From positions 21,204,001 to 21,268,000 of the forward strand of contig OZ059895.1 of the NCBI GenBank assembly GCA_964057225.1: DNA of 64,000 bases, given 5' to 3'. Positions within the stretch are counted from its first letter, which is position 1, and every line of letters starts with the position of its first letter. The notes beneath the pieces are model-generated. The model ran no database searches, had not been told where the DNA came from, and was given only the letters and a program-made list of their open reading frames with translations. This DNA comes from Auanema rhodensis (Eukaryota; Animalia; Nematoda). Below, in pieces: positions 44,301 to 59,600 of this stretch. Made by a program: the position numbers and the translations under genes.

Positions 44301-45520
44301 TGCTTCACGTGAAAGATAAAGGGATGCGGTTTTCAAAATTAGATTCCCCATGTCCATATTAGTCTAAAAACAAATTTTTATTAATATTGGTGCATGGTAA
44401 CCATGACTTTGAAATTTACGTGAACTTTAATTTATGCTAATTAAGTGTACACATGATGTGCGCTTGGTATGTAACTCGCTTCACGTGAAAGATAAAGAGA
44501 TGCGGTTTTCAAAATTAGATTCCCCATTTCCATGTTAATCTAAAAACAAGTTTTTATTAATATTGGTGCATGGTAACCATGACTTTGAAATTTACGTGAA
44601 CTTTAATTTATGCTAATTAAGTGTACACATGATGTGCGCTTGGTATGTAACTCGCTTCACGTGAAAGATAAAGAGATGCGGTTTTCAAAATTAGATTCCT
44701 CATGTCCATACTAGTCTAAAAACGAATTTTTATTGATATTGATGCATGGTAACCATGACTTTGAAATTTACGTGAACTTTAATTTATGCTTATTAAGTGT
44801 ACACGTGATGTGCACTTGGTATGTAACTTGCTTCACGTGAAAGATAAAGGGATGCGGTTTTCAAAATTAGATTCCCCATGTCCATACTAGTCTAAAAACG
44901 AATTTTTATTGATATTGATGCATGGTAACCATGACTTTGAAATTTACGTGAACTTTAATTTATGCTTATTAAGTGTACACGTGATGTGCACTTGGTATGT
45001 AACTTGCTTCACGTGAAAGATAAAGGGATGCGGTTTTCAAAATTAGATTCCCCATGTCCATATTAGTCTAAAAACGAATTTTTATTGATATTGATGCATG
45101 GTAACCATGACTTTGAAATTTACGTGAACTTTAATTTATGCTAATTAAGTGTACACATGATGTGCGCTTGGTATGTAACTCGCTTCACGTGAAAGATAAA
45201 GAGATGCGGTTTTCAAAATTAGATTCCTCATGTCCATACTAGTCTAAAAACGAATTTTTATTGATATTGATGCATGGTAACCATGACTTTGAAATTTACG
45301 TGAACTTTAATTTATGCTTATTAAGTGTACACGTGATGTGCACTTGGTATGTAACTTGCTTCACGTGAAAGATAAAGGGATGCGGTTTTCAAAATTAGAT
45401 TCCCCATGTCCATATTAGTCTAAAAACGAATTTTTATTGATATTGATGCATGGTAACCATGACTTTGAAATTTACGTGAACTTTAATTTATGCTTATTAA
45501 GTGTACACGTGATGTGCACT
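41330..45520. repeat. 12-monomer (2112 bp) tandem duplication
   Basis: AAAGTGATG at 41506/43618, the variant monomer at 41794/43906 and CATGTTAATCTAAAAACAAG at ~42419/44531 are all offset by 2112. Confidence 0.88.
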
Positions 45521-48500
45521 TGGTATGTAACTTGCTTCACGTGAAAGATAAAGGGATGCGGTTTTCAAAATTAGATTCCCCATGTCCATATTAGTCTAAA
45601 AACAAATTTTTGTTGATATTGGTGGATGGTAACCATGACTTTGAATTTTACGTGAACTTTAATTTATGCTAATTAAGTGTACACGTGATGTGCACTCGGT
45701 ATGTAACTCGCTTCACGTGAAATATGAAGAGATGCGGTTTTCAAAATTAGATTCCCCATGTCCATATTAGTCTAAAAACAAATTTTTATTGATATTGGTG
45801 CATGGCAACCATAACTTTAAAATTTACGTGAACTTTAATTTATGCTAATTAAGTGTACACATGATGTGCACTTGGTATGTAACTCGCTTCACGTCAAAGA
45901 TAGAGAGATGCGGTTTTCAAAATTAGATTGCCCATGTCCATATTAGTCTAAAAACAAATTTTGATTAATATTGGTGCTTGGTAACCATGACTTTGAAATT
46001 TACGTGAACTTTAATTTATGCTAATTAAGTGAACACATGATGTGCACTTGGTATGTAACTCGCTTCACGTGAAAGATAGAGAGATGCGGTTTTCAAAATA
46101 GATTCCCCATGTCCATATTAGTCTAAAAACGAATTTTTATTGATATTGATTCATGGTAACCATGACTTTGAAAATTACGTGAACTTTAATTTATGCTTAT
46201 TAAGTGTACACGTGATGTGCACTTGGTATGTAACTCGCTTCACGTGAAAGATAAAGGGATGCGGTTTTCAAAATTAGATTCCCCATGTCCATATTAGTCT
46301 AAAAACAAATTTTTGTTGATATTGGTGGATGGTAACCATGACTTTGAAATTTACGTGAACTTTAATTTATGCTAATTAAGTGTACACGTGATGTGCACTC
46401 GGTATGTAACTCGCTTCACGTGAAATATGAAGAGATGCGGTTTTCAAAATTAGATTGCCCATGTCCATATTAGTCTAAAAACAAATTTTGATTAATATTG
46501 GTGCTTGGTAACCATGACTTTGAAATTTACGTGAACTTTAATTTATGCTAATTAAGTGAACACATGATGTGCACTTGGTATGTAACTCGCTTCACGTGAA
46601 AGATAGAGAGATGCGGTTTTCAAAATAGATTCCCCATGTCCATATTAGTCTAAAAACGAATTTTTATTGATATTGATTCATGGTAACCATGACTTTGAAA
46701 ATTACGTGAACTTTAATTTATGCTTATTAAGTGTACACGTGATGTGCACTTGGTATGTAACTCGCTTCACGTCAAAGATAAAGGGATGCGGTTTTCAAAA
46801 TTAGATTCCCCATGTCCATATTAGTCTAAAAACAAATTTTTATTAATATTGGTGCATGGTAACCATGACTTTGAAATTTACGTGAACTTTAATTTATGCT
46901 AATTAAGTGTACACATGATGTGCGCTTGGTATGTAACTCGCTTCACGTGAAAGATAAAGAGATGCGGTTTTCAAAATTAGATTCCCCATGTCCATATTAG
47001 TCTAAAAACAAATTTTTATTGATATTGGTGCATGGCAACCATAACTTTAAAATTTACGTGAACTTTAATTTATGCTAATTAAGTGTACACATGATGTGCA
47101 CTTGGTATGTAACTCGCTTCACGTGAAAGATAGAGAGATGCGGTTTTCAAAATAGATTCCCCATGTCCATATTAGTCTAAAAACGAATTTTTATTGATAT
47201 TGATTCATGGTAACCATGACTTTGAAATTTACGTGAACTTTAATTTATGCTAATTAAGTGAACACATGATGTGCACTTGGTATGTAACTCGCTTCACGTG
47301 AAAGATAAAGAGATGCGGTTTTCAAAATAGATTCCCCATGTCCATATTAGTCTAAAAACGAATTTTTATTGATATTGATTCATGGTAACCATGACTTTGA
47401 AAATTACGTGAACTTTAATTTATGCTTATTAAGTGTACACGTGATGTGCACTTGGTATGTAACTCGCTTCACGTCAAAGATAAAGGGATGCGGTTTTCAA
47501 AATTAGATTCCCCATGTCCATATTAGTCTAAAAACAAATTTTTATTAATATTGGTGCATGGTAACCATGACTTTGAAATTTACGTGAACTTTAATTTATG
47601 CTAATTAAGTGTACACATGATGTGCGCTTGGTATGTAACTCGCTTCACGTGAAAGATAAAGAGATGCGGTTTTCAAAATTAGATTCCCCATGTCCATATT
47701 AGTCTAAAAACAAATTTTTATTGATATTGGTGCATGGCAACCATAACTTTAAAATTTACGTGAACTTTAATTTATGCTAATTAAGTGTACACATGATGTG
47801 CACTTGGTATGTAACTCGCTTCACGTGAAAGATAGAGAGATGCGGTTTTCAAAATAGATTCCCCATGTCCATATTAGTCTAAAAACGAATTTTTATTGAT
47901 ATTGATTCATGGTAACCATGACTTTGAAATTTACGTGAACTTTAATTTATGCTAATTAAGTGAACACATGATGTGCACTTGGTATGTAACTCGCTTCACG
48001 TGAAAGATAGAGAGATGCGGTTTTCAAAATAGATTCCCCATGTCCATATTAGTCTAAAAACGAATTTTTATTGATATTGATTCATGGTAACCATGACTTT
48101 GAAAATTACGTGAACTTTAATTTATGCTTATTAAGTGTACACGTGATGTGCACTTGGTATGTAACTCGCTTCACGTCAAAGATAAAGGGATGCGGTTTTC
48201 AAAATTAGATTCCCCATGTCCATATTAGTCTAAAAACAAATTTTTATTGATATTGGTGCATGGCAACCATAACTTTAAAATTTACGTGAACTTTAATTTA
48301 TGCTAATTAAGTGTACACATGATGTGCACTTGGTATGTAACTCGCTTCACGTGAAAGATAGAGAGATGCAGTTTTCAAAATAGATTCCCCATGTCCATAT
48401 TAGTCTAAAAACGAATTTTTATTGATATTGATTCATGGTAACCATGACTTTGAAAATTACGTGAACTTTAATTTATGCTAATTAAGTGTACACGTGATGT

Positions 48501-50699
48501 GCACTCGGTATGTAACTCGCTTCACGTGAAAGATAGAGAGATGCGGTTTTCAAAATAGATTCCCCATGTCCATATTAGTCTAAAAACGAATTTTTATTAA
48601 TATTGATTCATGGTAACCATGACTTTGAAAATTACGTGAACTTTAATTTATGCTTATTAAGTGTACACGTGATGTGCACTTGGTATGTAACTCGCTTCAC
48701 GTCAAAGATAAAGGGATGCGGTTTTCAAAATTAGATTCCCCATGTCCATATTAGTCTAAAAACAAATTTTTATTAATATTGGTGCATGGTAACCATGACT
48801 TTGAAATTTACGTGAACTTTAATTTATGTTAATTAAGTGTAAACATGATGTGCGCTTGGTATGTAACTCGCTTCACGTGAAAGATAAAGAGATGCGGTTT
48901 TCAAAATTAGATTCCCCATTTCCATATTAGTCTAAAAACGAATTTTTATTGATATTGATGCATGGTAACCATGACTTTGAAATTTACGTGAACTTTAATT
49001 TATGCTTATTAAGTGTACACGTGATGTGCACTTGGTATTTAACTTGCTTCACGTCAAAGATAAAGAGATGCGGTTTTCAAAATTAGATTCCCCATGTCCA
49101 TATTAGTCTAAAAACAAATTTTTATTAATATTGGTGCTTGGTAACCATGACTTTGAAATTTACGTGAACTTTAATTTATGCTAATTAAGTGAACACATGA
49201 TGTGCACTTGGTATGTAACTCGCTTCACGTGAAAGATAGAGAGATGCGGTTTTCAAAATAGATTCCCCATGTCCATATTAGTCTAAAAACGAATTTTTAT
49301 TGATATTGATTCATGGTAACCATGACTTTGAAAATTACGTGAACTTTAATTTATGCTTATTAAGTGTACACGTGATGTGCACTTGGTATGTAACTCGCTT
49401 CACGTGAAAGAAAAAGGGATGCGGTTTTCAAAATTAGATTCCCCATGTCCATATTAGTCTAAAAACAAATTTTTGTTGATATTGGTGGATGGTAACCATG
49501 ACTTTGAAATTTACGTGAACTTTAATTTATGCTAATTAAGTGAACACATGATGTGCACTTGGTATGTAACTCGCTTCACGTGAAAGATAGAGAGATGCGG
49601 TTTTCAAAATAGATTCCCCATGTCCATATTAGTCTAAAAACGAATTTTTATTAATATTGGTGCTTGGTAACCATGACTTTGAAATTTACGTGAACTTTAA
49701 TTTATACTAATTAAGTGAACACATGATGTGCACTTGGTATGTAACTCGCTTCACGTGAAAGATAAAGAGATGCGGTTTTCAAAATTAGATTCCCCATTTC
49801 CATATTAGTCTAAAAACGAATTTTTATTGATATTGATGCATGGTAACCATGACTTTGAAATTTACGTGAACTTTAATTTATGCTTATTAAGTGTACACGT
49901 GATGTGCACTTGGTATGTAACTTGCTTCACGTGAAAGATAAAGGGATGCGGTTTTCAAAATTAGATTCCACATGTCCATATTAGTCTAAAAACAAATTTT
50001 TATTAATATTGGTGCTTGGTAACCATGACTTTGAAATTTACGTGAACTTTAATTTATGCTAATTAAGTGAACACATGATGTGCACTTGGTATGTAACTCG
50101 CTTCACGTGAAAGATAAAGAGATGTGGTTTTCAAAATAGATTTCCCATGTCCATATTAGTCTAAAAACGAATTTTTATTGATATTGATTCATGGTAACCA
50201 TGACTTTGAAATTTACGTGAACTTTAATTTATGCTAATTAAGTGTACACGTGATGTGCACTCGGTATGTAACTCGCTTCACGTGAAATATGAAGAGATGC
50301 GGTTTTCAAAATCAGATTCCCCATGTCCATATTAGTCTAAAAACAAATTTTTATTGATATTGGTGCATGGCAACCATGACTTTAAAATTTACGTGAACTT
50401 TAATTTATGCTAATTAAGTGTACACATGATGTGCACTTGGTATGTAACTCGCTTCACGTCAAAGATAAAGAGATGCGGTTTTCAAAATTAGATTCCCCAT
50501 TTCCATATTAGTCTAAAAACGAATTTTTATTGATATTGATGCATGGTAACCATGACTTTGAAATTTACGTGAACTTTAATTTATGCTAATTAAGTGTACA
50601 CATGATGTGCGCTTGGTATGTAACTCGCTTCACGTGAAAGATAAAGAGATGCGGTTTTCAAAATTAGATTCCCCATTTCCATATTAGTCTAAAAACGAA

Positions 50700-53600
50700 T
50701 TTTTATTGATATTGATGCATGGTAACCATGACTTTGAAATTTACGTGAACTTTAATTTATGCTTATTAAGTGTACACGTGATGTGCACTTGGTATGTAAC
50801 TTGCTTCACGTCAAAGATAAAGAGATGCGGTTTTCAAAATTAGATTCCCCATGTCCATATTAGTCTAAAAACAAATTTTTATTAATATTGGTGCTTGGTA
50901 ACCATGACTTTGAAATTTACGTGAACTTTAATTTATGCTAATTAAGTGTACACGTGATGTGCACTCGGTATGTAACTCGCTTCACGTGAAAGATAGAGAG
51001 ATGCGGTTTTCAAAATAGATTCCCCATGTCCATATTAGTCTAAAAACGAATTTTTATTAATATTGGTGCTTGGTAACCATGACTTTGAAATTTACGTGAA
51101 CTTTAATTTATGCTAATTAAGTGAACACATGATGTGCACTTGGTATGTAACTCGCTTCACGTGAAAGATAAAGAGATGCGGTTTTCAAAATTAGATTCCC
51201 CATTTCCATATTAGTCTAAAAACGAATTTTTATTGATATTGATGCATGGTAACCATGACTTTGAAATTTACGTGAACTTTAATATATGCTTATTAAGTGT
51301 ACACGTGATGTGCACTTGGTATGTAACTCGCTTCACGTGAAAGATAAAGGGATGCGGTTTTCAAAATTAGATTCCCCATGTCCATATTAGTCTAAAAACA
51401 AATTTTTGTTGATATTGGTGCTTGGTAACCATGACTTTGAAATTTACGTGAACTTTAATTTATGCTAATTAAGTGAACACATGATGTGCACTTGGTATGT
51501 AACTCGCTTCACGTGAAAGATAAAGAGATGTGGTTTTCAAAAAAGATTTCCCATGTCCATATTAGTCTAAAAACGAATTTTTATTGATATTGATTCATGG
51601 TAACCATGACTTTGAAATTTACGTGAACTTTAATTTATGCTAATTAAGTGTACACGTGATGTGCACTCGGTATGTAACTCGCTTCACGTGAAATATGAAG
51701 AGATGCGGTTTTCGAAATCAGATTCCCCATGTCCATATTAGTCTAAAAACAAATTTTTATTGATATTGGTGCATGGCAACCATGACTTTAAAATTTACGT
51801 GAACTTTAATTTATGCTAATTAAGTGTACACATGATGTGCACTTGGTATGTAACTCGCTTCACGTCAAAGATAAAGAGATGCGGTTTTCAAAATTAGATT
51901 TCGCATGTCCATATTAGTCTAAAAACAAATTTTTATTGATATTGGTGCATGGTAACCATGACTTTAAAATTTACGTGAACTTTAATTTATGCTAATTAAG
52001 TGTACACATGATGTGCGCTTGGTATGTAACTCGCTTCACGTGAAAGATAAAGAGATGCGGTTTTCAAAATTAGATTCCTCATGTCCATATTAGTCTAAAA
52101 ACGAATTTTTATTGATATTGATGCATGGTAACCATGACTTTGAAATTTACGTGAACTTTAATTTATGCTTATTAAGTGTACACATGATGTGCGCTTGGTA
52201 TGTAACTCGCTTCACGTGAAAGATACAGAGATGCGGTTTTCAAAATTAGATTCCTCATGTCCATATTAGTCTAAAAACGAATTTTTATTGATATTGATGC
52301 ATGGTAACCATGACTTTGAAATTTACGTGAACTTTAATTTATGCTTATTAAGTGTACACGTGATGTGCACTTGGTATGTTACTTGCTTCACGTGAAAGAT
52401 AAAGGGATGCGGTTTTCAAAATTAGATTCCCCATTTCCATATTAGTCTAAAAACGAATTTTTATTGATATTGATGCATGGTAACCATGACTTTGAAATTT
52501 ACGTGAACTTTAATTTATGCTTATTAAGTGTACACGTGATGTGCACTTGGTATGTAACTTGCTTCACGTCAAAGATAAAGAGATGCGGTTTTCAAAATTA
52601 GATTCCCCATGTCCATATTAGTCTAAAAACAAATTTTTATTAATATTGGTGCTTGGTAACCATGACTTTGAAATTTACGTGAACTTTAATTTATGCTAAT
52701 TAAGTGTACACGTGATGTGCACTCGGTATGTAACTCGCTTCACGTGAAAGATAGAGAGATGCGGTTTTCAAAATAGATTCCCCATGTCCATATTAGTCTA
52801 AAAACGAATTTTTATTAATATTGGTGCTTGGTAACCATGACTTTGAAATTTACGTGAACTTTAATTTATGCTAATTAAGTGAACACATGATGTGCACTTG
52901 GTATGTAACTCGCTTCACGTGAAAGATAAAGAGATGCGGTTTTCAAAATTAGATTCCCCATTTCCATATTAGTCTAAAAACGAATTTTTATTGATATTGA
53001 TGCATGGTAACCATGACTTTGAAATTTACGTGAACTTTAATATATGCTTATTAAGTGTACACGTGATGTGCACTTGGTATGTAACTCGCTTCACGTGAAA
53101 GATAAAGGGATGCGGTTTTCAAAATTAGATTCCCCATGTCCATATTAGTCTAAAAACAAATTTTTGTTGATATTGGTGCTTGGTAACCATGACTTTGAAA
53201 TTTACGTGAACTTTAATTTATGCTAATTAAGTGAACACATGATGTGCACTTGGTATGTAACTCGCTTCACGTGAAAGATAAAGAGATGTGGTTTTCAAAA
53301 AAGATTTCCCATGTCCATATTAGTCTAAAAACGAATTTTTATTGATATTGATTCATGGTAACCATGACTTTGAAATTTACGTGAACTTTAATTTATGCTA
53401 ATTAAGTGTACACGTGATGTGCACTCGGTATGTAACTCGCTTCACGTGAAATATGAAGAGATGCGGTTTTCGAAATCAGATTCCCCATGTCCATATTAGT
53501 CTAAAAACAAATTTTTATTGATATTGGTGCATGGCAACCATGACTTTAAAATTTACGTGAACTTTAATTTATGCTAATTAAGTGTACACATGATGTGCAC

Positions 53601-56600
53601 TTGGTATGTAACTCGTTTCACGTCAAAGATAAAGAGATGCGGTTTTCAAAATTAGATTTCGCATGTCCATATTAGTCTAAAAACAAATTTTTATTGATAT
53701 TGGTGCATGGTAACCATGACTTTAAAATTTACGTGAACTTTAATTTATGCTAATTAAGTGTACACATGATGTGCGCTTGGTATGTAACTCGCTTCACGTG
53801 AAAGATAAAGAGATGCGGTTTTCAAAATTAGATTCCTCATGTCCATATTAGTCTAAAAACGAAATTTTATTGATATTGATGCATGGTAACCATGACTTTG
53901 AAATTTACGTGAACTTTAATTTATGCTAATTAAGTGTACACATGATGTGCACTTGGTATGTAACTCGCTTCACGTCAAAGATAAAGAGATGCGGTTTTCA
54001 AAATTAGATTCCCCATTTCCATATTAGTCTAAAAACGAATTTTTATTGATATTGATGCATGGTAACCATGACTTTGAAATTTACGTGAACTTTAATTTAT
54101 GCTAATTAAGTGTACACATGATGTGCGCTTGGTATGTAACTCGCTTCACGTGAAAGATAAAGAGATGCGGTTTTCAAAATTAGATTCCCCATTTCCATAT
54201 TAGTCTAAAAACAAATTTTTGTTGATATTGGTGCTTGGTAACCATGACTTTGAAATTTACGTGAACTTTAATTTATGCTAATTAAGTGAACACATGATGT
54301 GCACTTGGTATGTAACTCGCTTCACGTGAAAGATAAAGAGATGTGGTTTTCAAAAAAGATTTCCCATGTCCATATTAGTCTAAAAACGAATTTTTATTGA
54401 TATTGGTGCATGGCAACCATGACTTTAAAATTTACGTGAACTTTAATTTATGCTAATTAAGTGTACACATGATGTGCACTTGGTATGTAACTCGCTTCAC
54501 GTCAAAGATAAAGAGATGCGGTTTTCAAAATTAGATTTCGCATGTCCATATTAGTCTAAAAACGAATTTTTATTGATATTGATGCATGGTAACCATGACT
54601 TTGAAATTTACGTGAACTTTAATTTATGCTTATTAAGTGTACACGTGATGTGCACTTGGTATGTTACTTGCTTCACGTGAAAGATAAAGGGATGCGGTTT
54701 TCAAAATTAGATTCCCCATTTCCATATTAGTCTAAAAACGAATTTTTATTGATATTGATGCATGGTAACCATGACTTTGAAATTTACGTGAACTTTAATT
54801 TATGCTTATTAAGTGTACACGTGATGTGCACTTGGTATGTAACTTGCTTCACGTCAAAGATAAAGAGATGCGGTTTTCAAAATTAGATTCCCCATGTCCA
54901 TATTAGTCTAAAAACAAATTTTTATTAATATTGGTGCTTGGTAACCATGACTTTGAAATTTACGTGAACTTTAATTTATGCTAATTAAGTGTACACGTGA
55001 TGTGCACTCGGTATGTAACTCGCTTCACGTGAAAGATAGAGAGATGCGGTTTTCAAAATAGATTCCCCATGTCCATATTAGTCTAAAAACGAATTTTTAT
55101 TAATATTGGTGCTTGGTAACCATGACTTTGAAATTTACGTGAACTTTAATTTATGCTAATTAAGTGAACACATGATGTGCACTTGGTATGTAACTCGCTT
55201 CACGTGAAAGATAAAGAGATGCGGTTTTCAAAATTAGATTCCCCATTTCCATATTAGTCTAAAAACGAATTTTTATTGATATTGATGCATGGTAACCATG
55301 ACTTTGAAATTTACGTGAACTTTAATATATGCTTATTAAGTGTACACGTGATGTGCACTTGGTATGTAACTCGCTTCACGTGAAAGATAAAGGGATGCGG
55401 TTTTCAAAATTAGATTCCCCATGTCCATATTAGTCTAAAAACAAATTTTTGTTGATATTGGTGCTTGGTAACCATGACTTTGAAATTTACGTGAACTTTA
55501 ATTTATGCTAATTAAGTGAACACATGATGTGCACTTGGTATGTAACTCGCTTCACGTGAAAGATAAAGAGATGTGGTTTTCAAAAAAGATTTCCCATGTC
55601 CATATTAGTCTAAAAACGAATTTTTATTGATATTGATTCATGGTAACCATGACTTTGAAATTTACGTGAACTTTAATTTATGCTAATTAAGTGTACACGT
55701 GATGTGCACTCGGTATGTAACTCGCTTCACGTGAAATATGAAGAGATGCGGTTTTCGAAATCAGATTCCCCATGTCCATATTAGTCTAAAAACAAATTTT
55801 TATTGATATTGGTGCATGGCAACCATGACTTTAAAATTTACGTGAACTTTAATTTATGCTAATTAAGTGTACACATGATGTGCACTTGGTATGTAACTCG
55901 TTTCACGTCAAAGATAAAGAGATGCGGTTTTCAAAATTAGATTTCGCATGTCCATATTAGTCTAAAAACAAATTTTTATTGATATTGGTGCATGGTAACC
56001 ATGACTTTAAAATTTACGTGAACTTTAATTTATGCTAATTAAGTGTACACATGATGTGCGCTTGGTATGTAACTCGCTTCACGTGAAAGATAAAGAGATG
56101 CGGTTTTCAAAATTAGATTCCTCATGTCCATATTAGTCTAAAAACGAATTTTTATTGATATTGATGCATGGTAACCATGACTTTGAAATTTACGTGAACT
56201 TTAATTTATGCTAATTAAGTGTACACATGATGTGCACTTGGTATGTAACTCGCTTCACGTCAAAGATAAAGAGATGCGGTTTTCAAAATTAGATTCCCCA
56301 TTTCCATATTAGTCTAAAAACGAATTTTTATTGATATTGATGCATGGTAACCATGACTTTGAAATTTACGTGAACTTTAATTTATGCTAATTAAGTGTAC
56401 ACATGATGTGCGCTTGGTATGTAACTCGCTTCACGTGAAAGATAAAGAGATGCGGTTTTCAAAATTAGATTCCCCATTTCCATATTAGTCTAAAAACGAA
56501 TTTTTATTGATATTGATGCATGGTAACCATGACTTTGAAATTTACGTGAACTTTAATTTATGCTTATTAAGTGTACACGTGATGTGCACTTGGTATGTAA

Positions 56601-59600
56601 CTTGCTTCACGTCAAAGATAAAGAGATGCGGTTTTCAAAATTAGATTCCTCATGTCCATATTAGTCTAAAAACAAATTTTTATTAATATTGGTGTTTGGT
56701 AACCATGACTTTGAAATTTACGTGAACTTTAATTTATGCTAATTAAGTGTACACGTGATGTGCACTCGGTATGTAACTCGCTTCACGTGAAAGATAGAGA
56801 GATGCGGTTTTCAAAATAGATTCCCCATGTCCATATTAGTCTAAAAACGAATTTTTATTAATATTGGTGCTTGGTAACCATGACTTTGAAATTTACGTGA
56901 ACTTTAATTTATGCTAATTAAGTGAACACATGATGTGCACTTGGTATGTAACTCGCTTCACGTGAAAGATAAAGAGATGCGGTTTTCAAAATTAGATTCC
57001 CCATTTCCATATTAGTCTAAAAACGAATTTTTATTGATATTGATGCATGGTAACCATGACTTTGAAATTTACGTGAACTTTAATATATGCTTATTAAGTG
57101 TACACGTGATGTGCACTTGGTATGTAACTCGCTTCACGTGAAAGATAAAGGGATGCGGTTTTCAAAATTAGATTCCCCATGTCCATATTAGTCTAAAAAC
57201 GAATTTTTATTGATATTGATTCATGGTAACCATGACTTTGAAAATTACGTGAACTTTAATTTATGCTAATTAAGTGTACACATGATGTGCGCTTGGTATG
57301 TAACTCGCTTCACGTGAAAGATAAAGAGATGCGGTTTTCAAAATTAGATTCCCCATTTCCATATTAGTCTAAAAACGAATTTTTATTGATATTGATGCAT
57401 GGTAACCATGACTTTGAAATTTACGTGAACTTTAATTTATGCTTATTAAGTGTACACGTGATGTGCACTTGGTATGTAACTTGCTTCACGTCAAAGATAA
57501 AGAGATGCGGTTTTCAAAATTAGATTCCCCATGTCCATATTAGTCTAAAAACAAATTTTTATTAATATTGGTGTTTGGTAACCATGACTTTGAAATTTAC
57601 GTGAACTTTAATTTATGCTAATTAAGTGTACACGTGATGTGCACTCGGTATGTAACTCGCTTCACGTGAAAGATAGAGAGATGCGGTTTTCAAAATAGAT
57701 TCCCCATGTCCATATTAGTCTAAAAACGAATTTTTATTAATATTGGTGCTTGGTAACCATGACTTTGAAATTTACGTGAACTTTAATTTATGCTAATTAA
57801 GTGAACACATGATGTGCACTTGGTATGTAACTCGCTTCACGTGAAAGATAAAGAGATGCGGTTTTCAAAATTAGATTCCCCATTTCCATATTAGTCTAAA
57901 AACGAATTTTTATTGATATTGATGCATGGTAACCATGACTTTGAAATTTACGTGAACTTTAATATATGCTTATTAAGTGTACACGTGATGTGCACTTGGT
58001 ATGTAACTCGCTTCACGTGAAAGATAAAGGGATGCGGTTTTCAAAATTAGATTCCCCATGTCCATATTAGTCTAAAAACAAATTTTTGTTGATATTGGTG
58101 CTTGGTAACCATGACTTTGAAATTTACGTGAACTTTAATTTATGCTAATTAAGTGAACACATGATGTGCACTTGGTATGTAACTCGCTTCACGTGAAAGA
58201 TAAAGAGATGTGGTTTTCAAAAAAGATTTCCCATGTCCATATTAGTCTAAAAACGAATTTTTATTGATATTGATTCATGGTAACCATGACTTTGAAATTT
58301 ACGTGAACTTTAATTTATGCTAATTAAGTGTACACGTGATGTGCACTCGGTATGTAACTCGCTTCACGTGAAATATGAAGAGATGCGGTTTTCGAAATCA
58401 GATTCCCCATGTCCATATTAGTCTAAAAACAAATTTTTATTGATATTGGTGCATGGCAACCATGACTTTAAAATTTACGTGAACTTTAATTTATGCTAAT
58501 TAAGTGTACACATGATGTGCACTTGGTATGTAACTCGCTTCACGTCAAAGATAAAGAGATGCGGTTTTCAAAATTAGATTCCTCATGTCCATATTAGTCT
58601 AAAAACGAATTTTTATTGATATTGATGCATGGTAACCATGACTTTGAAATTTACGTGAACTTTAATTTATGCTAATTAAGTGTACACATGATGTGCACTT
58701 GGTATGTAACTCGCTTCACGTCAAAGATAAAGAGATGCGGTTTTCAAAATTAGATTCCCCATTTCCATATTAGTCTAAAAACGAATTTTTATTGATATTG
58801 ATGCATGGTAACCATGACTTTGAAATTTACGTGAACTTTAATTTATGCTAATTAAGTGTACACATGATGTGCGCTTGGTATGTAACTCGCTTCACGTGAA
58901 AGATAAAGAGATGCGGTTTTCAAAATTAGATTCCCCATTTCCATATTAGTCTAAAAACGAATTTTTATTGATATTGATGCATGGTAACCATGACTTTGAA
59001 ATTTACGTGAACTTTAATTTATGCTTATTAAGTGTACACGTGATGTGCACTTGGTATGTAACTTGCTTCACGTCAAAGATAAAGAGATGCGGTTTTCAAA
59101 ATTAGATTCCCCATGTCCATATTAGTCTAAAAACAAATTTTTATTAATATTGGTGCTTGGTAACCATGACTTTGAAATTTACGTGAACTTTAATTTATGC
59201 TAATTAAGTGTACACGTGATGTGCACTCGGTATGTAACTCGCTTCACGTGAAAGATAGAGAGATGCGGTTTTCAAAATAGATTCCCCATGTCCATATTAG
59301 TCTAAAAACGAATTTTTATTAATATTGGTGCTTGGTAACCATGACTTTGAAATTTACGTGAACTTTAATTTATGCTAATTAAGTGAACACATGATGTGCA
59401 CTTGGTATGTAACTCGCTTCACGTGAAAGATAAAGAGATGCGGTTTTCAAAATTAGATTCCCCATTTCCATATTAGTCTAAAAACGAATTTTTATTGATA
59501 TTGATGCATGGTAACCATGACTTTGAAATTTACGTGAACTTTAATATATGCTTATTAAGTGTACACGTGATGTGCACTTGGTATGTAACTCGCTTCACGT